From contig NMRA01000140.1 of NCBI GenBank assembly GCA_002633005.1, forward strand, positions 310,001-374,000: 64,000 bases of DNA. Direction: 5' to 3'. Every line of letters begins with the position of its first letter. Position 1 is the first letter of the stretch. The notes under the pieces were generated by a model. The model was given only the letters and a program-made list of their open reading frames with translations, was not told the origin of the DNA and did no database searches. The position numbers and the translations under genes are program-made. This stretch comes from Phoronis australis (taxonomy: Eukaryota > Animalia > Phoronida). This document shows positions 1 to 12,474 of this stretch, in pieces.

Positions 1-1007
1 GATTGATTAAAAACAACTTGGTGTGCATGACTGTGTGTATGAATGTTTCTTTTCCATCATATATACGCACTGTACAGTAGCGGATTTAGAGGCCATGACC
101 CTCCCTAAAACTCTCCCAGATTCTATTTGGCAGTTCGGGGGTGCCAATGCCTGACGGGCAAAATCCTGGCTAATACTCTACTCTGTCCCCCCTCACAAAA
201 AATCCTGGATCCGCCCGTGCTAACACATATCTTTGATCTAGTCAATAAAAATAATAATAAATCACAATCTTACTTCGCTGAGTGACTTTTCCATAATACT
301 TATCTACTCGAATCTGCTCTGGCTCAGGTGGATAAAAACAGGAAGTTGCGTAAAAACATGATCTGAAATCAAANAAGAGGAATACTTTTTGGTAACATTT
401 CTGACACAGGAGGTAAATTTTTAAATTGGTTTATGCTAACGTGCAAAACATTCATTTATCAAGCGAGATTCATGGTTGTGATGCCAAATATTTTTGGTTT
501 CATTGGAATGTTGAAATATGAATTCAACTGTCAGAAATTTCTGCTTTTGAAAAACGATTTTACGGAAGAACATAGTAAGCACTGGAGATAATTATCCAGC
601 ATCTTATCTGGCGAGCATGCGTGATTGATTAAAAACAACTTGGTGTGCATGACTGTGTGTATGAATGTTTCTTTTCCATCATATATACGCACTGTACAGT
701 GGCGGATGTAGAGGGGGGCCAAGGGGGCCATGGCCCTCCCTAAAACTCTCCCAGATTCTATTTGGCAATTCGGGGGTGCCAATGCCTGACGGGCAAAATT
801 CTGGCTAATACTCTACCCTGTCCCCCCTCACAAAAATCCTGGATCCGCCCGTGCTAACACATATCTTTGATCTAGTCAATAAAAATAATAATAAATCACA
901 ATCTTACTTCGCTGAGTGACTTTTCCATAAGACTTATCTACTCGAATCTGCTCTGGCTCAGGTGGATAAAAACAGGAAGTTGCGTAAAAACATGATCTGA
1001 AATCAAA
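1..1007. repeat. Near-identical tandem duplication (1-373 vs ~623-1007) broken at a single n (374); likely haplotype/assembly duplication
   Basis: GATTGATTAAAAACAACTTGG...ATCTGAAATCAAA occurs twice with only a few substitutions and one short indel; the first copy ends exactly at the n. Confidence 0.9.
697..853. mobile_element. Short MITE with CAGTGGCGGAT...ATCCGCCCGTG termini (second copy at 75-219)
   Basis: Imperfect 11-bp TIRs with G-run/C-run subterminal tracts. Related termini at 5568-6661 and, degenerately, ~63620-63738. Confidence 0.7.
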
Positions 1008-1799
1008 AATATTTTTGCTGAAATGGCAGATTGTGGGAATTTGTAAAGATGCGACGATGAAAAAAAGTGTTCGAGGAAAAGTATTTCGGAGCCAGCAAAA
1101 ATCTGAAGAACCCCACACGGAGTTCAAGTTCACTTGAAAACTGATCCTATATCTTCATGTAAAGCTGGATATTTACCTTAAAGTCGAATTATCTGTACGA
1201 TGCCATAGATTTCAGAATATTTCGAGAACTTAGATCTCAAAAATCTGACTATGCAAAATTTGACACAGAAAATCAATCTCCAAAAACCAACAATACTAGA
1301 CAAAACGTGAATGATAATTTGATTGGGGTTTGTTCATTTGAAGTTACTGGACAAGAATATTATGACATTAGGTGAAAAAATTGCTAAAAAAGAGAAAAAT
1401 GCCCTCCTGTTGGCCAGAAAACATACTAATACATTCTGAACTCCTACCAAAAGAACAACACTGTTGACCATTTGGAACTTGATAAAGATTTAATACCACA
1501 ACCTACATATAAATAACATACATTTCCAAGCTTCTGCAATGAACTTACAGTCACCACTTTCATTAATTGTCATAATTATCATTATCCACACTGCAGTTCA
1601 CTGTCAACTGTCACAGGAGAACGATACACCGTGCAGTTCTGATTGCCACGAGCATGATAAAAATTGTCAATATTTTCCATTAGGTTAAAAATTTAAAGTT
1701 ATTTAACAACATAGCACAAATTTATTATGTTTCTTCATCCACTCCATCATCATTTACGTCATCATTATTGTCATCAAAACTTGTTTCTTGAGACACCAT

Positions 1800-3540
1800 A
1801 TTTACACAAGACAGTCACACAGCTTGGAACATGGGATGCCTCACTTCAAACAAGAGTACATTTTTGTACTACAACCACTTTTTTACACTTGCAATTAACA
1901 TTTTAATGAAATTTTTTGGGGCTAAACTCAGAGTCATCCAATGGAACTTCAGACTATCCTGCGCCAAATGCCACCCATTACCAACTGGAGATGGTGCACT
2001 GACATACTGCTGCAAGTCTCGTTTTTGAATTGCACACTGGTAGTTTGCTCTTTTGACATGTAACAACAAACAATCATGATCAGGATGCAGATATGATTCA
2101 TTCACAGATTTCAACCTGAATATGTGGTAGCGTGTTTTGTCAATTGTTGATGCTGAGTCGCTGTACAGCTTTCATACAAAAGGTTCAATGCCTTCCATGA
2201 GTTGAGCAGGAAACGCTAATGCTGAGCCCAACTTCAAAGAAAAAGTTTTAAAAATATTTCTACAAGCCTGCACCCTACCCGGAATCAAATTTTTTTGTCA
2301 ACCTGAATACCGTTTCATCTAAACACTTCAGCCATGTTACAGTAATCTTTTTTACTGAAACAGATAACCAAAATGCTCTTCACTTGAGCACATACTATGG
2401 ACAACAGGTGAAATTTTGTCAAAGAGCTCAGCAAAAGTAAGCATTAACAGAAATGAGCATCATTACTAGCATTGGATGCACTGTACAGTTGCCTTCGAAG
2501 AATTTAACAAAGGCAGAAGAATTTTTAGCATCCTTAATACTGTAGTTTAGAATTTGAAATAGAGCGGGTAATGGTCATTTTTGCAATAGTGTTTGTGTTG
2601 AATTGGAATGCGTATTATTTACGGTAGAGCTAATATTTTTTTTGACACTTCATGTTTTAGACAGCACATAATTGGAAGAGTAAACATTTTCCTGTTCTAA
2701 AAATTCTCAATTCAAGAATCTTCAAAATGTGAGATTCTGAAATCTTCGCAACATTTTGATTTTCAAGGTAATGAATTACAGAAGGGCAATATTTCCATGT
2801 TTATATTTCTCAATTTCCAAACACTGCTCATGTTTTTACATAAAAGGATCTGAAACTAGGCTTGGAAGTTCATAAAAAGCAGTGCTGATCACTCACATGT
2901 AGATTAAAACTACTGCCAGTACCTTTGAGATTGGGACGGCTGATACTGCAAATTTACCAAGCAAAGTAATTCTTTTTTCTCTGACCTAAACTAATGGTTT
3001 TTACCATAAATGACAGTTTTTCAAATTAACAATGGGTAGGCCTATTTACAAGTGAATGTTTGGAACTGGGATAGGTTTTCAAGTTGTCTTTTGTTTGTGA
3101 AGCTCTCTGTGATACACTTTGATTTTTGGCAAATGATAAATTGCGGAGGCAACAGGAGCTCAGAGTTGTGAGCAAAATCTGAGACAAGAATGCAACAAGG
3201 GGCAGACATCTTGCCAGTCCTATTGTGAAGTAGCACACTCATTCAAAAGTTCATGGTTTCAGCAATGTCCCAGCTCAGTGGCTCAATATTGCTAACATAC
3301 CAAAAATTGTATCAGAATGAGGACACTTCGACACTTGCCACTTCAGGCACTAGACTTAGCTTTCCTCAAATCCTAAGAGCTGCCTGCTGGTTTACATGTA
3401 TGAGACATGACCCTTGGAAATTGTCACCCATCCAAGAATTAATTCTTTTCAATGTGGACATTAGCTGTAAACAAGTTAGCCAAGCCAGCAGGATAAGTTC
3501 TGCTGACTGTCCTCGAATGTTTTCATGAAGCAGAGAACTT
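1800..3540 (-). pseudogene. Degraded Academ-type DNA transposon protein (XPG-like region plus C-terminal Cys8 zinc finger)
   Basis: Minus-strand translation across stops and frameshifts gives IEPFV*KLYSDSASTIDKTRYHIF...YLHPDHDCLLLHVKRANYQCAI...SPVGNGW...HWMTL..AP...NCKCKK..CST...SC...IPCSKLCDC. This matches the LPPT..AL..H..RA.YQ...W + Cys8 C-terminus known from Academ proteins. The upstream boundary is uncertain. Confidence 0.7.
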
Positions 3541-3542
3541 GG

Positions 3543-3800
3543 TAGCCTTGGTACAAAGCTGTATACTAATTATACAGCTTTGCACCGAAGTGGGTAAAAA
3601 GTGGTAAGATAAAATCTGACACAAGATTAGTGTCATTTAAAACTACAGTCTTTGGCTTGAGTTAACTAAATTATTTAACGGTGTTGGAAAAATGGCTTTC
3701 TACCGTTACTCTGCTGCTAAAGTTGTGGAGCGAACTTTACTGCGACGGATTTCGGCGCCATGCCATATTGCGTCACCTATAATATTGGCCAGTTTCTTTT
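3543..3800 (-). repeat. Dispersed repeat with terminal 16-bp hairpin; copies at ~13265-13400 and ~17385-17590 (opposite orientation)
   Basis: Shared AACTTTAGCAGCAGA(A/G)TAA and ATGACACTAAT..TG.GTCAGATTTTAT blocks. Hairpin GGTACAAAGCTGTATA-ctaat-TATACAGCTTTGCACC at 3550-3586, with a degenerate version at ~17550-17586. Confidence 0.75.
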
Positions 3801-4615
3801 TTCGCCGATTCTTCAATCAACTGTTCTTCTTTCACGAGAATGTGTACACGTCACGACAAATTATCGGAACTGGTTTCACTTCGTTATAAGTTTTTAGAAT
3901 TTTGATTCCGAAAAACCGAATTTCAGAAGAACATGACGGTGTTTTCCCGTTGCTCCCAACTTGTTCGTTTCTGTAGCCCAACAACAAGTTAAGATGACCC
4001 CTGTAGCCAATATCTTACACGACTGATTAACTCCATTCTGGCATTTATGGTTGGAGGAACAGCTCTCTTTTGTTGATAATTGCTCTAATCTCCGATCAGA
4101 TCAGATCGTATCTAGCCTGTTTGGACTGTGCTGCTAAAATGAAAGTCGAGTTATATCATATTTGAATATAAACCAATAGAATTTCTGGATTCTTCGTCAA
4201 ATGCTGATCATATTCAGTTTTTGAATCACCAGAATCAACTACAACGGAAGTTAAGACAATCTTTTTTGTCCAAACGTATTACCAACGCATTGTTGTAGAT
4301 GAAAACCTCTACCCGGTGTCGAAAGTAGTTCTGCCAGGTTTCAGTAACACTTTGAAGCCTGGGAGATAAATGGCTTGCATGTTGTTCTACGGGTCAAAAG
4401 ACTGTGCTGGGCAGTTATCAAAGGAGCCAGATGTTACCATGCACTCAGAACCGGCCCTCACGTCTGGAAAGTCACTGAACGGCAGAACGCCGTTTTGCTG
4501 CTGCCTTCAGGGTTGTCACGTGATGTGTTTGAGTGCGAAAAGCTAATTCGAATTGCTAGTCAAATTTTCTGCATATACTTCATTTTCCTCAATATCTCGA
4601 CTAACTCATCTAACT

Positions 4616-5242
4616 ATGACCTCAACAACGAGAAGTAAAACACGCCTGCAAAGTTACACAGATGGGGAAGAAGACGAAAATCTTTGAAGCGCTTCTGAGG
4701 GCGATCTCAAATGACAAGATTCAACACGCCCTGTACTCCAAATTTATTGAACCACATATTACAACCATCACGGCGAAATACGAGGATATCAAACGTAGGA
4801 AAGACAGTGAGATTGTATCATTGAAAGCTGAAGTGGATCAACTCAAACTTGATCTTGATTTACAAGAACAATACAGCAGAAAAGAATGTGTCATTGTAAG
4901 TGGAATCAAAGAAGACGACAACGAGGACGTTATTAGCAAGGTTATTAATATTGGCAAGAAGATAGACATCAACCTGACACGCAAAGAAACCTCTTCTGCA
5001 AATTCATTTCTTATACCGATCATCTAAGTTTATCAAAAAAACGCAAACTTGTGGCCGGTGACAAGATCTTCATCAGTGAAAGTCTAACTAAGCGACGATC
5101 AGCCTTGTTCTACAAATGCCGCCAAATGCGTAATGATAGAAACAGCCCTTGCGAGAAAACTTGGGCAACTGATGGTGAAATATTCCTGAAAATGAACGAC
5201 AAGCGAATAGTGCACGTAGTCACTGAAGCTGACATCCCGTAG
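4616..5242 (+). mobile_element. Non-LTR retrotransposon (CR1/L2-type) ORF1 remnant, frameshifted and internally deleted; ORF2 not seen
   Basis: Coiled-coil followed by QEQYSRKECVIVSGIKE..NED, then IFISESLTKRRSALFYKCR...KTWATDGEIFLK. These are the typical RRM and C-terminal motifs of L1-like ORF1 proteins in invertebrate LINEs. Confidence 0.8.
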
Positions 5243-5567
5243 ATCATAGATCCAGTGCAGGACATTTCTCGCACTGTCATTGTAAGTTAAACATAATTAC
5301 CAAGTAATTATGCACTGTCATTTCTGACAGCTTGAGCAAGTTGCACTTGTATGTTTCTTTAAGCTGGACTCATATCATGCCAATACACTGTATGTTAAGT
5401 ATAATGTTTTGCTGCTCAAAATTTATCCACCAGCCTGTCAGTATAGTAAACCAGTTATGCTTCACTTTTACTGGTAATTCTCTGAACCTGGCCCCTTGCT
5501 GATTTTGCCCCTTTAGGCCTGAACGGCAATGTTCGTAGGCCTACCAAGTGTTCGTAAACGTAAGTTA

Positions 5568-6661
5568 CACAGGCGGATTTAGGGGGGGGGGGGCAGGCCC
5601 CCTTGGCTGTCGCAAAAAAAATAAAACAGCAAGAGCGTAGGGAAATGTTTATCTTATTAATTAACCCCGGTAATTAAAATTATACGAATGGAACAAGATT
5701 TAAATGTGTGCAGTTTNNNNNNNNNNNNNNNNNNNNNNNNNNNNNNNNNNNNNNNNNNNNNNNNNNNNNNNNNNNNNNNNNNNNNNNNNNNNNNNNNNNN
5801 NNNNNNNNNNNNNNNNNNNNNNNNNNNNNNNNNNNNNNNNNNNNNNNNNNNNNNNNNNNNNNNNNNNNNNNNNNNNNNNNNNNNNNNNNNNNNNNNNNNN
5901 NNNNNNNNNNNNNNNNNNNNNNNNNNNNNNNNNNNNNNNNNNNNNNNNNNNNNNNNNNNNNNNNNNNNNNNNNNNNNNNNNNNNNNNNNNNNNNNNNNNN
6001 NNNNNNNNNGGGGGGGCTCAGATCCAACTTCAAGTGTCAAATTCGGAACACGGCGCATTCGTAAGATGTCAATTTCAATCAAAGCCTTAGTGAATCACTC
6101 AGAAACTCATAATTCTCTCCTTGTCAAACCTTAACTTAAGACGATTTCCAAAGCAATCGCGTCATTGTTGCCAACACAAAACACGGATTTGGTCTTTTGG
6201 GCAATTGAAGACTATTTTAAATACAACAAATTTGTTACGAACTGATTGCACAAAATATAAAACGTAACAAGCATTACAAAAAGAAGGAGGTTTCTCGCGC
6301 AAACGCTGTGGACCCTAAACAAATAGGTCTCTTAATACCAAGATAGGAGTTAAATCGTGGTGGTGCAGTGGTAAAGCACGCGCGTTCGCTCCGCTAGGTC
6401 GTGAGTTCGAGTCTTTGGTTCATGCATTTTATCCTGGTATATATCTTCTTTTTTGCCTTTTTTCTTGGATAATACTTCGGGAATCAAGGAAAATGCTTGA
6501 ATTTTAGAGGAAAAAACAGAAAAATTTCCTGGGTGGGAGGGGCGCAAACCCCCTCCTGACCTCCCCCCATTCGGTGCTATGCGCATCTACAATCGTGCTT
6601 TGAGCACATGTTTACAGACAAAATGTTAGGCCCCCCTTGTGACATCCTATATCCGCCACTG
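5568..6661. mobile_element. Non-autonomous DNA element with CA(C/G)(A/T)GGCGGAT TIRs, spanning N gap 5717-6009
   Basis: Left CACAGGCGGATTTAGG, right CCTATATCCGCCACTG; flanks AAGTTA / CAGTTA (5 of 6 match, possible 6-bp TSD). Continuity across the gap cannot be verified. Confidence 0.55.
6357..6420 (+). repeat. tRNA-derived (SINE-head-like) sequence
   Basis: A box TGGTGCAGTGG and B box GAGTTCGAGTC at tRNA spacing; no clean cloverleaf or acceptor stem. Confidence 0.55.
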
Positions 6662-9255
6662 CAGTTATAGCAATGCAAATAACGCTCAAAATACAATCAG
6701 GTCTCAATCGTAACATCTGGAACAGGTGTCTCAGTTTTCATTTGCTAAATATTTTATCGTCTACAACTCTGGCGCCGATTCATCGGTAACAACAATATCA
6801 AATGTTGTTATTTAACTGTTTTCAGGAGGTGTTACAAGTTCAATGAAAATTACCCTTGTTTTCATCGGTTATCTCTTTTCAAGAAATAAATCGTCCCATT
6901 TAAAACTGTTCCTTTTACTAGAGAAAACTTGCAGCCTAGTGCGATAGTAAATTCATATAGGATGTGATCCGCCACGTGAACAGTCTGAGTGAAGTATTTA
7001 AAAAATCAGCGGACAAAATGAAAGAAACTTGGGAATTCGAAGCGTACCTCCACATTATTCTGCGTATCGACATCGACCTTCGGTCCCAGTCGATACACGT
7101 AATAATGTCTCGTGGGATATTACTTCATGTACGCTACTCTCGGTACGTTTTGTGTATGTATGTGCTTCAAGCACGCGGCTATTAAACATCACTGCAGAAA
7201 CGAAATAGTTGCTGCGACGCCACTTGCATGATTGACAAGGCTAAAAATCGATCACAGTCCGACATTTTTCCACGGTGTTGTAAAGCTAACCAATGACTGC
7301 TGAGGTTACATGTTGGCCAGGCACGCACGGTACCAGCGAGAGCCCTGCTAATATCTGTGTTTACATTATTTTCGAAAAATTCCTCCCAATTACGTTGCTA
7401 AGTGTTTGTATGTGTATTGTTAAAGTTTTCAATTGTTTCTATAACAATTTACTTGTACAATGTTTACCTTTTTCCCAGACGCACACGTGAATGAAAAGAA
7501 AACGGAAAATGTCATTTCAGCTTTTCTTCAGTACAAAACACAAGTGGAGAATTACCCTAGTCACTAGTTGCGAGTAAATTTCAAACAAAAGGGAAAACTA
7601 ACAAACAAAAAGTACCAAGAGAAAAACACATAGTAAAAATAACTTAGTAATAGTAATATTTATTTAGTCACAGCATTGAGCACACACCAGAGCTAAACTG
7701 ATCAAACTAACAATCTGATCATATTTTAAACCAAGACAGTGACAACAAAAGTAGTTTGTGCAGAGCAGTAACGTTGGCAGCAAAGCATACTTCATACCTT
7801 GGAGGACCTTTCCAGCACACTTTTGAGACAAACCTCCAGCTCCAAGTATTACTAAGATTATTTCACTCAAATCCCCCAGAAGACACGAATGAATCACATA
7901 AACAGAAAACGTTTCTGAAGAGTTATGCATTACACAAAGACCAGTAAGTATATTAACAGCCCTGTTCGAGCCCAGAATAACTTATGTAACTATGCAAAAT
8001 TTAGGAATATGGATCTGAGTTTTTTAACAAAGTATACTCTATTGCAAATATGACACCTTCAAAGGCAGGTTGACATGGACAAAATTTGCATATGTGAGTA
8101 AACTTTAAATTCATGAGTAGAATTTGTGAAAAAGTTGCCAGATGTTCACAAAACTGCGAAAACCAATATTTGTGCACTCTACATTTTCATAAGGACTGTC
8201 ACTATGAATAGAGCACTTCTAGCCAGGAAAAGGAGCTTTCCACATTTCTTAACTATACAGCGGTCAATTCAAATAGCATTTGCGTAACCATAGGGATTGG
8301 TTTTCACAGGCCACAGACTGAAAGCACACACAACAAATTTAAACTACTATGCCCGGTTTGGGACTGAAAATTGTCATTTGCACCCCAAGTAAAATTATTT
8401 TAGGTAAATTTATACTCGCACGTTACAGTAAATTTACTTTTCCACCACTGTCAAAGGAAGTGCAAATTAAATCCTGAAATAAAACTTTGCACCCCTAAGT
8501 AAAAAAATAAGCACCTATCAGTAAAATATGCAAATGTGGTTTTGAAAACAGGCCTCAAATCAAGTTTTTCTGTAACATATATGAATGCGTTTCGACTGAC
8601 AGTTTTCTTCAAACTTTTTGCTCAAGTGTTTTGCATAGTATGCATGAACAATACATAAGCACCACATGTAGACACATGCAGACATCCCTTGCACGTGCCA
8701 ATGTCCTAATTAGTCTATTTCACATTTCTTTTGTCAGGAGGTGAAAACAACTTAGCACAAAGGGATGTTTACTCATCCAAAACAATGTTGCCATGACAAC
8801 CGACTTGATGAGCATTGCATAAAGCAAAACCACTCGTTAATTTTTCACATGTTTACAAATCATTTCAAATCCGACCAAGGAACTCGATGAATCCAGATTA
8901 TAACGGTAATGGCCTAAATCAAGCCATTTCTTTTTGGACAGAAGACGGACATACGTACCTTTGAACTTAATACACACCAACATCTACTGCTTTGTATCCA
9001 AAAAGCTCCACTCGCAGGCCATTTTAAAAACTTGATATTTAGTTTTTGCTAAAGTGTTTTGTAAATAGATGCAAGCGCCTAATTTGGAATAGAGGCAAAG
9101 TTTAACGTACAGGTGCATGGGCCTAAATGTGCAAATGTAAGGTAATCTTTGAACCATACTGAAGTTAAATCGTGTCTGTTTCATGAAAACTGACTTAAGA
9201 CTTGACACATGGATTTGGTCTAATACTCCGCATAACTATTTCTGAAAAGTAATTA

Positions 9256-9654
9256 CCAGGATTTTCCGTAGATAAGCCCACCCGATGAAATGTTCATGGG
9301 CGTTTATTCGCAAAATTGGTGCCACAACTTGTTGTGTCAAGTGTCCAGATAGTGGGGTGTTTATTCGGAAAATGTCCTCTTAAAAGAACACTTAGCATCA
9401 ATTTTTAGTCACAAATTCAGTTTTGTGGAGCATTTATCATTTATTGCGTTGGCAAACTGTATTTATAAACTTAAAATTAAAAAACAGTTTTATGCAAGAA
9501 ATTGCTGAAAATTCAAAATCAGCCGAGGCTATGACTTACCGTTTACACGCCTCCCCTTTCCAAAAAACGCCCGGCCGTTTATCTGGTTACTGAAATGCCT
9601 GAAAATTTCATTTTCCGAAGACACGCCCATGGGCTTATCTACTGAAAACCCTGG
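9256..9654. mobile_element. Tc1/mariner (pogo/Tigger-like) MITE with TA TSD
   Basis: TIRs CCAGGATTTTCCGTAGATAAGCCCA and rc CCAGGGTTTTCAGTAGATAAGCCCA (23/25), TA on both flanks. Appears nested in an older element (~9173-9857, ..GTTTCATGAA / TTCATGAAACGGG..). Confidence 0.85.
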
Positions 9655-10141
9655 TAAATCTCACTTAAGCACAGTGCAGTTGTTCAGACTACACACATAA
9701 CGGATAGTTACTGAGATAATTTCTCTATGTTATTCCTAGACTGTGGTGTGCTCGTAATTTCTTGGCTAAACCCTTATTCAGAAATTGAGAAGTGGTAGCC
9801 TTAAGACCAAATTTCTGTTTTAAATTTTAGGTCACCTTCATGAAACGGGTCCCTGGTCAATAAAATGCGGCTTGCCTTTTTCGGCATTAATTTCAAGATG
9901 TGAAGTTCCTGGGGGTAATCTCTAGGTAACATCCATTTGAATTTACGCACTGATCTTGGAACTGGTTAACAACATCCTCTCAGAGCCACAGACACATACA
10001 ATTCGACAAACTAGAGAACTGCTTATGTTTTTTCCAGGCTGGCATTCCTAGATCACAGCCCGCCAATTTTGAAACTGTCACAATCCAAATATCTACTTGA
10101 CTCATCTCCATTCATCCATCCCCAACATTTCCTACAACAGT

Positions 10142-10216
10142 CTAATCTTCATCCAGTGGCGGAATTCCTAATTCTTCGTCAGTCCATTTTGTTGTGTCCG
10201 GCCACTTGTGATGACC
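10142..10216 (-). CDS. NDUFB2: NADH:ubiquinone oxidoreductase subunit B2 (AGGG), coding exon 3 (last)
   Basis: ctttcag|GHHKWPDTTKWTDEELGIPPLDED* matches the conserved NDUFB2 C-terminus (WTDEELGIPP); phase 0 with the preceding exon. Confidence 0.95.
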   Translation of the reverse strand, partial: GHHKWPDTTKWTDEELGIPPLDED

Positions 10217-10359
10217 CTGAAAGATATTTTACAAGTAAGTCACAATAGTTCCAACAATCAAACAAGATGATCAAAAAAGGAACGACATTCAATTGAAAGG
10301 TGCAGCAGACCAAAAAACCAAACTGAACTCTCTACTGTCAGGGTTCTTTTTTCATAACT

Positions 10360-11781
10360 CAGGGCTTGGAATGACCCATGACAAAAAAGAGGAAATTTTT
10401 ACGGCCCTAAATACAAAATTCAATCTAAACCATACCTCAACAGATCGAAAGTTACTGTGTCGTGTTGGCAAAACGCATTCATCTTAAGCAGTACCTGACA
10501 TCTATTTCAGTAACAACAATGAAGGCAATTAACAAATTTTTTTTTTTAAAATTATAATAATAACGATAATGATGAAAAATTTGCAGTCTGAGTGACAGGA
10601 GCTTAATCTTGATTTGCTGCACTGAGGGAGACCTATAAATCTTATAACTATGATCACAAAAAATGAAAATCGACCGATAGGTTATCTAGAAAGCCTGAAA
10701 TACATACATATTTAATTCCAACAAAAAATTTAATTCCATCGCAAGTGGCAAAAAGTCAAGACGAAAATCTGTGGCTCATACCCCATATGTTAGCATGGAA
10801 AAATGAAAGTAAAAAACATTAGTGCATCAATCACAGTCCTAAGTTGGCCAAACAGTAATTACAGGAGTTAAATGTTCATAAGCCACGCTGGTGGAGAAGA
10901 AACTATGTGACATAAGAAATAACTATCAGGACACTGAAAATAGTCTGGCAGAATTTGTAAACAATGGCTTAGACCGATCAGATCATTCAGAATCTGTCAC
11001 GTGATCACTTCTCCAAAACTGCAAAACTCGAGTCACAAAAGAGAACACGAAAAATGTCAAAATAAATTGAAATATACAAAAAGCAATTTAAAACGCATTT
11101 GCAGTAACGAAAATAGCACTTTATATCCCGTTTCAACGGCACGTAGAAAATCGCACTCAAGTGGTCAGGCCTTAGGCTTAGGGCTTAGCAGGCAACGGGC
11201 GTGCATGTGGGATCAAACAAAAGAATTTCATACATCACTCACATCACACGATTCCAATCCAACGAATAACCGGTTACGGTTGAATTTCCTTTCACGAAGC
11301 ATTGTTATTTCTAGTGTTTCATCGTTTTCAGTCGGTCATCCGACTCCAACTCAGTTCAAGGCGACTCGCCCACGCACTCCGTAATCGTTCTTCTCTCAAA
11401 GTTTACAGAGCACAAACCTTGAATTATGTTGTTTGTGAAGACATTGGCCATTTCTTTTATCCAATTTTCCACGAAATATTCTGTCTACTCCACACTCCAC
11501 GCATTTTTGACCACAGAATCGCACTATTTGTCGCGGCGATTTTATACCAAATGCAGACGCCATTGATGAACCCCACTATCCCAGACACAGGCGCTTGAAT
11601 TTATCTGTTCCTCGATTGCCTCTGACGTCACTCACTACTAAGAAACCATGTTTCTTGTATATGGTTACGAGTCATCGGGAAATTCGAGCGCCTGTGATCC
11701 GCAATTACAACGAAAATACGCGGAGGGAATAAAAGAAAAAAAAACGAAAATCCGCGTTTCCGCGGAAAATTCCAAGCCTTG
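10360..11781. mobile_element. hAT-like non-autonomous element filling NDUFB2 intron 2
   Basis: TIRs CAGGGCTTGGAAT and rc CAAGGCTTGGAAT; CCGCG-type subterminal repeats at the right end; no intact TSD. Confidence 0.6.
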
Positions 11782-11979
11782 AACAATAGAATCAAAGGTA
11801 GGAAAACTGTTAGTAATTCAAAGTTTACAAGTCAACGCAAACTGAAATGACTTTAGGGGGCATTATTTTCTGACTTTGATACCCCCGTGGCGACTTGGGA
11901 TTTTTTCCGGGACAACAAACACAATCTGAGGTTTCATCAGTGACCAGCAGGTCGCCAAATTGAGCACTGGTTTACTTAC

Positions 11980-12103
11980 AGTTATGTGATCTGGTTCATA
12001 CCACAGATGAAGCAGAATCCAGTACCACATTAATGCTGACAAAAACGTGGCTGTGCGTTGTGTTCTCTTGGATGGCGGCTCAGGAGCTGTGCGATACACA
12101 AAA
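11980..12103 (-). CDS. NDUFB2: NDUFB2 coding exon 2
   Basis: tttcag|..FVYRTAPEPPSKRTQRTATFLSALMWYWILLHLWYEPDHIT|gtaagt; the TM segment matches the NDUFB2 (G/A)LMW(F/Y)WIL..(F/L)W motif; phase 2 in, phase 0 out. Confidence 0.95.
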
Positions 12104-12474
12104 CTGAAACAAGCAAAAAGTAGAATGTTAACATGTGCATCGCAAATAGTAAAAAGTAAGGGGCGCACCTTCCGTGAAGATCCTAAAAGAGGTTTTGAAG
12201 ATACGGCAGCCGGTGCTTAAGCCTGACGGAGATGACGGCAATATACAGACACATATTTGAGCGCATAAAAAGAAGAAGTTTATCAAAAAGTAAGTCCGAG
12301 CTTGGTCTGAACTTGCCGGCCAGTAAGGTGTATAAACATTATCATCAAAGTACAGCTAGGAACCACTGAGTGTTAAGCTCCAATAGACTTCAAAATTTCG
12401 CACTGCCTGAGTAGTTCTGCTCGGCAACTAATCATGAAACTTGTGTCAACATGTAGAGCTAACCACCCGTGGAG

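Noticed and set aside
5657-6134. ORFs of 117-148 aa
   Set aside because: Artefacts of translating the N gap 5717-6009.
6357-6420. Functional tRNA gene
   Set aside because: A/B boxes are present but there is no coherent cloverleaf; treated as a SINE-like relic. The same applies to 56250-56320.
10155-10165. CAGTGGCGGAA resembling the MITE TIR
   Set aside because: It is the reverse complement of NDUFB2 codons (IPPL); chance similarity.
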